Shown here: positions 56,715 through 64,000 of the stretch, in pieces
How the letters are laid out: the number at the start of each line of letters is the position of its first letter
Position numbering within the stretch: position 1 is the stretch's first letter
Origin: Bacteroidales bacterium
GTDB lineage: Bacteria; Bacteroidota; Bacteroidia; Bacteroidales; UBA12077
Length of the DNA: 64,000 nucleotides
Assembly: GCA_028282585.1 (NCBI GenBank)
Contig: JANQHR010000144.1
Span: 32,001 to 96,000, forward strand
Direction: 5' to 3'
Notes under the pieces: model-generated
Seen by the model: only the letters and a program-made list of their open reading frames with translations
Told to the model about the DNA's origin: nothing
Database searches by the model: none
Translations under genes and position numbers: made by a program

Positions 56715-58523
56715 ATGAAAAGGTTGTATTTTATTATATTATTAATATTTGCAAAATGTACATTCGCACAAGATGTTACATTCATTGCATCAGCACCTGA
56801 GGTTGTTGAGCTGGGACAGCAATTCAGGTTAATTTATACAATAAATGCTCAGGCCGAGAAGTTTTCCGCTCCTGCAATAAATGAGTTTTCGGTTTTAGCA
56901 GGCCCAAGTACTTCTCAGTCCAGTAATGTAAGTATTATTAATGGAAAAGTAACCCAGAATTTCGAATTAAAATATACTTATGTTGTGCAGGCAAATAAAG
57001 AAGGCGAATTTTCTATTCCACCGGCAGAGGTTGTTGTTGATAATAAAACATATAAATCAAACCCTGTAACTATTGAAGTTATTAAAGGATCTCCGGGGCA
57101 ACAAACTGATCCTTCAATAGTTTCAACACGGCCCAATCAATCAAATCAAAGCGAAGTATCTAATTCAGATTTATATATAAAGATTTTTGTAACAAAACAA
57201 AAAGTGCATCGTGAGGAACATTTAGTTGCAACAATTAAGTTATTTTCAAAACTTAATATTACCAGATTAGAAAATGCAAAACTTCCTTCACTGCAAGGTT
57301 TTATTACCGAAGAGTTGGAGGTTCCTCCTCTTACAAGTTTAAATAGGGAAAGAATAAATGATCAGGTTTATTTAACAGGTATTTTAAAGAAGTACGTTTT
57401 ATTTCCTCAAAAATCAGGAAAAATAGAAATCGAACCATTCGAATTAGATGTTTATTACCAAAAACCAGGTAACAGGCGATCGAGAAGTATGTTTGAGGAT
57501 TTTTTTGGAGCTGTTGATGTGGAGGGAAAGAGAGTAAGAAGTAACAAAGTTATAATTGATGTTGAGGAGTTACCTGAAAATAAACCTTTTAATTTCTCGG
57601 GAGCAGTTGGAAAATTTAACTTAACAGCATCAGTTGACAATCAAAATGTTAAAACAAATGATGCGATAAATTTAAAAGTAAAAATATCCGGTAATGGTAA
57701 TCTTAAATTTATAAACCCATTAAGTATTGATTTTCCTGCGGATTTTGATATTTATGATCCTAAAGTTAGTGATAATATTAAATATGGAGAGAGTGGTGCA
57801 ATCGGTAATAAAAGTTTTGAATATTTAATGATTCCTCGCCATGCTGGTGAATTTACGATACCAGTGTTTAGTTTTACTTATTTTAATACGGAAACTGATC
57901 GATATACAACAGAAAAAGCTGGTCCTTTCAGAATTAATGTTGCAAAATCAGAAGGAGACACAGCAGTAACTGTTTCATCCGCGTTTACCAAAGAAGACCT
58001 AAGGTTTTTGGGTCAAGATATTCGATTCATAAAAAATAATGTGAATCTAAAAAAAACAGGTCAATTTATATTTGGATCAAATGTATTTTGGTTATCTTAT
58101 ATTATAGGTATTTTATTATTTGTAATAATTTATATTTTCCGTCGTAAGAAAATGAAGGAGAATGAAAATGTAATGCTTATTAAAAATAAAAAAGCAAATA
58201 AGTTTGCTAAGAAGAGACTAAAAACGGCGTCTGGTTTTATAAAACAAAATCAACAAGAAGCATTTTATGAGGAATTAGTTAAGGCGCTTTGGGGATATAT
58301 AAGTGATAAATTGGGAATTCCGGTTGCAAATTTATCTAAAGATAATGCAAGAACCGAAATGATTAACAAACAGGTTGAAGAAGAATATATTGATCAGATA
58401 TTGAATATAATTGATCGTTGTGAATATGCGCGTTATGCACCCGCTACCGAAGAAACAAAAATGGATACATTGTATAATGATGCAATAAAGGTTATTAGTA
58501 AGTTACAGCAAAAACTGAAATAG
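56715..58523 (+). CDS. batD: BatD oxygen-tolerance protein
   Basis: GPSTSQS, FSGAVGKF, ISGNGN, ALWGYISDKL, CEYARYAP. Confidence 0.93.
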   Translation: MKRLYFIILLIFAKCTFAQDVTFIASAPEVVELGQQFRLIYTINAQAEKFSAPAINEFSVLAGPSTSQSSNVSIINGKVTQNFELKYTYVVQANKEGEFSIPPAEVVVDNKTYKSNPVTIEVIKGSPGQQTDPSIVSTRPNQSNQSEVSNSDLYIKIFVTKQKVHREEHLVATIKLFSKLNITRLENAKLPSLQGFITEELEVPPLTSLNRERINDQVYLTGILKKYVLFPQKSGKIEIEPFELDVYYQKPGNRRSRSMFEDFFGAVDVEGKRVRSNKVIIDVEELPENKPFNFSGAVGKFNLTASVDNQNVKTNDAINLKVKISGNGNLKFINPLSIDFPADFDIYDPKVSDNIKYGESGAIGNKSFEYLMIPRHAGEFTIPVFSFTYFNTETDRYTTEKAGPFRINVAKSEGDTAVTVSSAFTKEDLRFLGQDIRFIKNNVNLKKTGQFIFGSNVFWLSYIIGILLFVIIYIFRRKKMKENENVMLIKNKKANKFAKKRLKTASGFIKQNQQEAFYEELVKALWGYISDKLGIPVANLSKDNARTEMINKQVEEEYIDQILNIIDRCEYARYAPATEETKMDTLYNDAIKVISKLQQKLK

Positions 58524-58535
58524 AGGAAGTTTATT

Positions 58536-59288
58536 ATGAAAAGAACCTTATTTACCATTATTTCGATTTTAGCGGCATTTTATACGAATGCTCAGGAAGC
58601 TGACAGTTTGCTTAAAGCAAACGATTTATATGCCAAAGGAAATTTTCAGGATGCGGCTGTTGTTTATGAAAATATTTTAAATCAAGGATTTGAATCGGCA
58701 GAACTTTATTATAATCTGGGAAATGCGTATTATAAACAAAATGTTGTTGCAAAAGCAATTTTGTATTACGAAAAGGCTCTTCATTTAGCTCCAAACGATG
58801 AAGATATTAAATACAACCTTGAACTGGTAAATCGCTTTGTAGTTGATAAAATTGAAGTATTACCGGTTTTCTTTATTACCGAATGGATCCGAAATATGAG
58901 AAATATATTCAAATCGGATATTTGGGCAATAGTTAGTATTGGAACATTCATACTTACTTTAATCTTCATTTCTTTATACCTTTACAGTCGTGGTTTAGCA
59001 TTTAAAAAATTTTCCTTTTGGATAAGCTTAATGTTTATCTTGATAACTGTAGTGTCATTTATATTTTCATATCAGCAAAAAAGAAAAATTCTTTCCGGAG
59101 GTTCTGCAATTGTTATAAGCCCATCTGTTACAGTTAAAAGTTCACCTGATGTTAGTGGAACAGATTTATTTGTTATTCATGAAGGAACCAAAGTTTGGAT
59201 TGAAGACAAAATTTCTGACTGGAAAGAAATAAAATTAAGCGATGGAAGTAAAGGATGGCTAAAAGTAGAAGATATAGAGACAATTTAA
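58536..59288 (+). CDS. batE: BatE, TPR + SH3 protein
   Basis: YYNLGNAYYK...AILYYEKA; KSSPD...LFVIHEGTKV...GW. Confidence 0.93.
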   Translation: MKRTLFTIISILAAFYTNAQEADSLLKANDLYAKGNFQDAAVVYENILNQGFESAELYYNLGNAYYKQNVVAKAILYYEKALHLAPNDEDIKYNLELVNRFVVDKIEVLPVFFITEWIRNMRNIFKSDIWAIVSIGTFILTLIFISLYLYSRGLAFKKFSFWISLMFILITVVSFIFSYQQKRKILSGGSAIVISPSVTVKSSPDVSGTDLFVIHEGTKVWIEDKISDWKEIKLSDGSKGWLKVEDIETI

Positions 59289-59402
59289 CTTTTTGTATCT
59301 GCCCATAAGAATTTGTAATGGATAATTACTATTAAGTGTTTTACTTTAGGTTATTTTACTCCTGCTTTTATCGGATTTTCTTAAATTAACACACTGATAA
59401 AG

Positions 59403-59834
59403 ATGTATATGTGCGTACCAAAAAAGGTGTATTATTTCAATCTTGATGTTGATGTGCCGGTTAATTGCGCAGTTTCCCCTGAACCTACTTTTGTTAATGC
59501 TTATCCTGTAACTCAGCATATGAATACAGGAAGAAAAGCTTTATAAAGAGAAACTAACATGACGATAAAAAATGATGCCAAACATTGTATGGGTTGCAAG
59601 AGGTGTGCAAAAACATGTATAGGAATGAGGGGCGGAGTGATGCACTTAAATTTGGTAACAAGTAAGCTGGAATGTATATGTAATATATGCGACGACAACT
59701 CATCTTGTGTTAAAAACTACCCATTCGGAGCTTTGAGCTTTATGGGAATACCTATTGATAGGCAGTTGGCAGATTTGGCTTCTGCAGGGGCAGCAGAAAG
59801 ATTAGTTGAACAACTTTATAATTTAAATGTTTAG
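59403..59834 (+). pseudogene. Decayed 4Fe-4S dicluster (ferredoxin-like) partner of AOR
   Basis: In-frame DVDVPVNCAVSPEPTFVNAYPV...GRKAL*(TAA 59544)...CMGCKRCAKTC...CNICDDNSSCVKNYPFGAL; several expected Cys missing, N-terminal part absent. Confidence 0.75.
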
Positions 59835-59843
59835 GAGGAAGAT

Positions 59844-61658
59844 ATGACTATAAAAGGATATTACGGAAAAATATTAGATATTAATCTTAAAACCGGAGAG
59901 ATTAAAAATACACTAATACCAGAAGAAGATATTAAAAGATTCATAGGAGGGAGAGGGTTGGGAATGAAAATTTTATGGGATAAGCTTCCAAATCCGGGAG
60001 TGGATCCACTTTCACCTGAAAATGTTTTATTATTCATGCCTGGGCCGTTTTCAGGCTTACCGATACCTTCTTCATCAAGAACATGTGTTGTTACTAAATC
60101 GCCTCGTACTTCTGCAATTAATCCAACTTATGATCATGGCTCAACAGTAAGTTATTCCAATATGGGTGGATTTTTTGGCCCGGAAATAAGATTTGCCGGT
60201 TATGATGGAATTTGCGTTACAGGTAAAGCTGAAAAACCAGTGTATATTAAAATTGAAGATGATAAGGTAGAAATCAAGGATGCAGTCAAATTTTGGGGAA
60301 TGGAAACCAATGAATTTGATAATGCATTAATAGAAGAGTTGGGTGATAGAAAATTTGAATCTTGTTATATTGGATTAGCTGGAGAAAACCTGGTTCCAAT
60401 GGCATGTATACTAAATACAGCTGCAAGAGCAGCAGGTCGAGGAGGAACAGGTTGTGTAATGGGATCTAAGAATTTAAAGGCTATCGCTGTTAAAGGAACC
60501 AAATCATTAGAAGTAGCAAACCATAAAGATTATCTTAATCTATTATCCCAAGTAAGAAAATCCTTTAAGGAAAATAATAAGGAGGGACTTAAGTGGTGGC
60601 GTTCCGGCAAAACTGCAAAATTTTCAGCCAGTTCTAGCCGAAATGGGACACAAGCTGTAAAAAATTATAGCGAAGGAACATTTGCGCAGATCGAAAAGAT
60701 AACAACAGAAGGTAAACAAGAAAAAGTCTGGAAACGCGATTTTGCATGTTTTTCTTGTGCGTTGGCTTGTAAGAAATCTGTTATTACAAAAGATTCTTAT
60801 GGTGTTATGGTTCAAGATGGTCATGAGCATGAAACAGGTACTACATTAGGTTCAAATCTTTTAATTTCTGATTTAGCGGGATTACAAAAGCTAATTGCCG
60901 TTTCAGATGATTATGGTATTGATATTATTTCTGTTGGAAATACTATTGGATTCTTAATGGAAGCTTATGAAAAAGGAATTATCGACAAGGCCTATCTAGA
61001 TGGAATTGATTTAAAATGGGGAAGTGTAGCCGGTTCTCTGGAAATGATACATAAAATTTGTAAAAGGGAAGGTATTGGCAATAAAGCATGTAATGGAGTT
61101 AAATTTATGGCTAACGAAATTGGGCAGGATTCACATAAATTTGCTATTCATATAAAAGGTCATGAATTGGCAACCTGGAATGTTCCGGTTAATTCGGGAT
61201 ATTGGAGTATTTGTTATGCTACTAGTAATCGAGGTGCTTGTCATATGAATGGTGGTATACCTCAATATCAAAATGCAGCCGCATTAAGGGATTCATTAGC
61301 CGCCTGTAGTTTTGCTAGTAGGTGGTATCGAAATGAAAATAGTTATGCAAAATTTTTAACAGCAATTACAGGGGTTGAATGGACAGATGATGAAATAGAT
61401 AAAGCCGGATCGAGGATTTTTACTCTGGAAAAGATGTTTAATTACCGTGAAGGTTTTAGAAAAGAAGATGATACGATTCCTCCTAAATTCTTTGAAAATA
61501 AATTTACTGTTGGCGATCATAAAGGAGCCATAGTAGATAAAAATATATTTTCAAAAGATTTAGATAACTTTTATAAAGAAAGAGGTTGGGATTTGAAAAC
61601 ATCACGACCAAAAGATGAAACTTTAAAGAACTTGGATCTGGAATTTACAATTAGCTGA
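59844..61658 (+). CDS. aor: Aldehyde:ferredoxin oxidoreductase (tungsten AOR family)
   Basis: FIGGRGLG, KSPRT, FAGYDG, GRGGTGCVMGSKNLKAIAV, CFSCALAC, DDYGID, KGHEL, NRGACH, FNYREG. Confidence 0.92.
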   Translation: MTIKGYYGKILDINLKTGEIKNTLIPEEDIKRFIGGRGLGMKILWDKLPNPGVDPLSPENVLLFMPGPFSGLPIPSSSRTCVVTKSPRTSAINPTYDHGSTVSYSNMGGFFGPEIRFAGYDGICVTGKAEKPVYIKIEDDKVEIKDAVKFWGMETNEFDNALIEELGDRKFESCYIGLAGENLVPMACILNTAARAAGRGGTGCVMGSKNLKAIAVKGTKSLEVANHKDYLNLLSQVRKSFKENNKEGLKWWRSGKTAKFSASSSRNGTQAVKNYSEGTFAQIEKITTEGKQEKVWKRDFACFSCALACKKSVITKDSYGVMVQDGHEHETGTTLGSNLLISDLAGLQKLIAVSDDYGIDIISVGNTIGFLMEAYEKGIIDKAYLDGIDLKWGSVAGSLEMIHKICKREGIGNKACNGVKFMANEIGQDSHKFAIHIKGHELATWNVPVNSGYWSICYATSNRGACHMNGGIPQYQNAAALRDSLAACSFASRWYRNENSYAKFLTAITGVEWTDDEIDKAGSRIFTLEKMFNYREGFRKEDDTIPPKFFENKFTVGDHKGAIVDKNIFSKDLDNFYKERGWDLKTSRPKDETLKNLDLEFTIS

Positions 61659-61684
61659 AAATTGAACTAAATAAATATTGAAAG

Positions 61685-61718
61685 ATGGTGCAGATTAAAG
61701 CTTGCACCATTTCTTTTT
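61685..61718 (+). terminator. Terminator after aor, followed by the ettA -7 element TAATTTTG (61721-61728)
   Basis: ATGGTGCA...TGCACCAT plus T-rich tail. Confidence 0.65.
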
Positions 61719-61755
61719 ATTAATTTTGCTTTACTCAAATCTAATAATTAAAAAA

Positions 61756-63441
61756 ATGTCAGAAGATAAGCAAATCATTTTTTCGATGTACAAGGTGAGC
61801 AAGACTTACCCGCCAAATAAAACTGTAATTAAAGATATAAGCCTTTCTTTCTTTTTAGGAGCAAAGATTGGTATCATTGGTTTAAATGGTAGCGGAAAAT
61901 CTACTTTGTTACGAATAATTGCGGGACAAGATAAATCATTTAATGGAGAGTTGGTATTTTCGCCTGGATATTCGGTAGGATTACTGGAACAAGAACCTCA
62001 GTTAGATGAAAATAAAACAGTCAAAGAGATTGTAATGGAAGGTGTTAGAGAGGTTGCAGATGTTCTTCAAAAATATGAAGAGGTAAATAAAAAATTTGAA
62101 TTACCCGAAATATATGAGAATCCGGAAGCAATGGATAAGTTGATGGCAGAACAAGCTACATTGCAGGAAAAAATAGATCAGTTAGATGCTTGGAACATTG
62201 ATACCAAACTGAATAGAGCAATGGATGCTTTACAATGTCCACCGGATGATCAACCAATTAAGGAACTCTCTGGAGGAGAACGTCGTAGAGTTGCTTTATG
62301 TCGCTTACTATTACAAGAACCTGATGTTTTATTATTGGATGAGCCTACGAACCATTTGGATGCAGAAAGTATGCTTTGGTTAGAACAACATCTTCAACAT
62401 TATAAAGGAACAGTAATATGCATAACTCACGACCGTTATTTTCTGGATAATGTTGCCGGTTGGATTTTGGAATTAGATCGAGGTGAAGGTATTCCTTGGA
62501 AAGGTAACTATACATCATGGTTGGAGCAGAAGTCCAAACGGCTTGAAATGGAAGAAAAGGTAGCTTCTAAACGAAGAAAAACTTTAGAGAGAGAGTTAGA
62601 ATGGGTTAGAATGGCTCCAAAAGCGCGTCATGCCAAATCCAAAGCACGTTTATCAGCATATGATAAAATGATGAACGAAGATGTAAAACAAAAAGAAGAA
62701 CGCTTGGAAATTTACATTCCTAATGGACCTCGTTTAGGCGATAAGGTTATAAGTGTTGAAGGATTAAATAAAGCTTACGGTGATAGAATTTTAATAAACG
62801 ATTTGAGTTTTACTTTACCTCCCGCAGGGATTGTTGGTATAATTGGACCCAATGGTGCTGGTAAAACAACTTTGTTTCGTATGATCATGCAACAGGAACA
62901 ACCTGACAATGGTAGTATGGAAATTGGCGAAACAGTAAAAATTAGTTATGTGGACCAAACTCATAAAGCTATTGATCCTGAAAAAACGGTATTTGAAGTT
63001 ATTTCTGATGGATTAGAGAATATACAACTTGGAAATCGAACCATGAATGCCCGGGCATATGTTTCGCGGTTTAATTTTAGTGGATCTGATCAGGAAAAGA
63101 AGTGTGATGTACTTTCAGGTGGTGAAAGAAACCGATTACATTTAGCTTTAGCTTTAAAAGCAGAAGGAAATGTATTATTACTTGATGAGCCAACCAATGA
63201 TATAGATGTGAATACACTACGTGCCTTAGAAGAAGGTTTGGAAAGTTTTGCAGGTTGTGCAGTTGTTATTAGTCACGACCGTTGGTTCCTGGATCGAATT
63301 GCAACGCATATTTTAGCTTACGAAGGTAATGGTTACGTTCATTTCTTCGAAGGATCATTCTCTGAATATGAAGAAAACCGTAAAAAACGACTTGGAACAG
63401 ATTCTCCTAAACGATTTAAGTATAAGAAGTTATTAAAGTAA
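61756..63441 (+). CDS. ettA: Energy-dependent translational throttle ABC-F ATPase
   Basis: Two ABC cassettes; LSGGERRRVALCRLLL, ELDRGEGIPWKGNYTSWL, LERELEWVR, IPNGPRLG; start MSEDKQ. Confidence 0.96.
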   Translation: MSEDKQIIFSMYKVSKTYPPNKTVIKDISLSFFLGAKIGIIGLNGSGKSTLLRIIAGQDKSFNGELVFSPGYSVGLLEQEPQLDENKTVKEIVMEGVREVADVLQKYEEVNKKFELPEIYENPEAMDKLMAEQATLQEKIDQLDAWNIDTKLNRAMDALQCPPDDQPIKELSGGERRRVALCRLLLQEPDVLLLDEPTNHLDAESMLWLEQHLQHYKGTVICITHDRYFLDNVAGWILELDRGEGIPWKGNYTSWLEQKSKRLEMEEKVASKRRKTLERELEWVRMAPKARHAKSKARLSAYDKMMNEDVKQKEERLEIYIPNGPRLGDKVISVEGLNKAYGDRILINDLSFTLPPAGIVGIIGPNGAGKTTLFRMIMQQEQPDNGSMEIGETVKISYVDQTHKAIDPEKTVFEVISDGLENIQLGNRTMNARAYVSRFNFSGSDQEKKCDVLSGGERNRLHLALALKAEGNVLLLDEPTNDIDVNTLRALEEGLESFAGCAVVISHDRWFLDRIATHILAYEGNGYVHFFEGSFSEYEENRKKRLGTDSPKRFKYKKLLK

Positions 63442-63679
63442 CATTAATATTCAAAGACTTTTTAGAATGTTGTTCTTTTCTAGCAACCATTTTGGCTGTT
63501 GTCGTTTTTAAGCAACCAAACAATTTGTTGTTACATTTTAACAACAAATCGATAATTTATATATGTTGGAGGAAGCACAGTCAAAAAACTGTGCTTTTTA
63601 ATTATATCTTAAAGGTTCCATTGTTATTTTACGTTCCGGTATCTGTATATTTGCGCCATTTTAAGGTCAGAAATAAAAT

Positions 63680-64000
63680 ATGCTTACTAAAGAAAAGGCT
63701 GTAATTCGACTAAGAAAGATCAAAAGTTCTTTGGCCTTTCATTTCCTGTTTTGGTATTTAAGTTTCCTGTTTTATTTTTTTATGACAGGCGAACAACAAA
63801 TATTCAAGGCATATTTAAATTTATTACGTGTAGAAAATGTATATTATATTATCCTGTTTCTCAGTGCATCTATTTCCATTTTATTTACTTTTTTAGATAC
63901 CATTTTTACGGATCGCCTTATACGATTCTTTCCAATAAGTTTTATCATTTTTATTCGATCAACTTTATATTTTTTATCTGCATTTGCTTTAATTCTTTTA
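63680..64000 (+). CDS. Polytopic membrane protein, N-terminal part (runs off window)
   Basis: Open frame MLTKEKAVIRLRKIKSSLAFHFLFWYLSFLFYFFMTGEQQ... with three hydrophobic segments; TATATTTG -7 element at 63646-63653. Confidence 0.65.
   Translation, partial: MLTKEKAVIRLRKIKSSLAFHFLFWYLSFLFYFFMTGEQQIFKAYLNLLRVENVYYIILFLSASISILFTFLDTIFTDRLIRFFPISFIIFIRSTLYFLSAFALILL

Noticed and set aside
4735-59546. Stop-codon recoding (Sec, Pyl or alternative code) to explain internal stops in cheW, the four-helix gene and the Fe-S gene
   Set aside because: The key stops are TAA, which ends most genes here; cheW also has frameshifts and the Fe-S gene has lost conserved residues, which points to decay.
63525-63548. 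Hairpin TTTGTTGTTA...TAACAACAAA downstream of ettA
   Set aside because: AT-rich stem with no clear U tail; it may be a weak terminator, but support is too thin to call.
1461-63704. Many short ORFs in the track (e.g. 1461-1763, 24871-25215, 29818-30249, 53530-53874, 63492-63704)
   Set aside because: Nearly all are antisense or out-of-frame shadows of well-supported genes, and none has a recognisable motif; 63492-63704 spans the next gene's promoter and start.
63646-63781. Possible tRNA/ncRNA or structured leader after TATATTTGCGCC
   Set aside because: No cloverleaf; from 63680 the sequence is an open frame continuous with the terminal membrane-protein ORF.

Overview
AT-rich, gene-dense chromosomal segment of an anaerobic Bacteroidota organism, probably Bacteroidales/Marinilabiliales-like (TAnnTTTG promoter elements, a moxR-bat operon, mce-mmdADCB). 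In order: a partial M90 peptidase; a multi-PAS HisKA_3 kinase with a NarL-type regulator; a partly decayed chemosensory block (cheW pseudogene, MCP, cheW fragment, two stand-alone receivers, cheW, His-rich barrel protein, MCP; no cheA/B/R in the window); dodecin; the Na+-pumping methylmalonyl-CoA decarboxylase operon; a CitD-CitE fusion, CitF and rubredoxin; several kinases, peptidases and housekeeping genes; a long Rel protein with a degenerate hydrolase domain; a four-helix-bundle pseudogene flanked by inverted repeats; fprA; patB; a 4HB-HAMP-GAF receptor with no output domain; truA; moxR-DUF58-batABCDE; an aldehyde:ferredoxin oxidoreductase with a broken Fe-S partner; ettA; and a partial membrane protein. 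I found no rRNA, tRNA, CRISPR array or transposase. All calls come from reading motifs by eye; no database searches were run.
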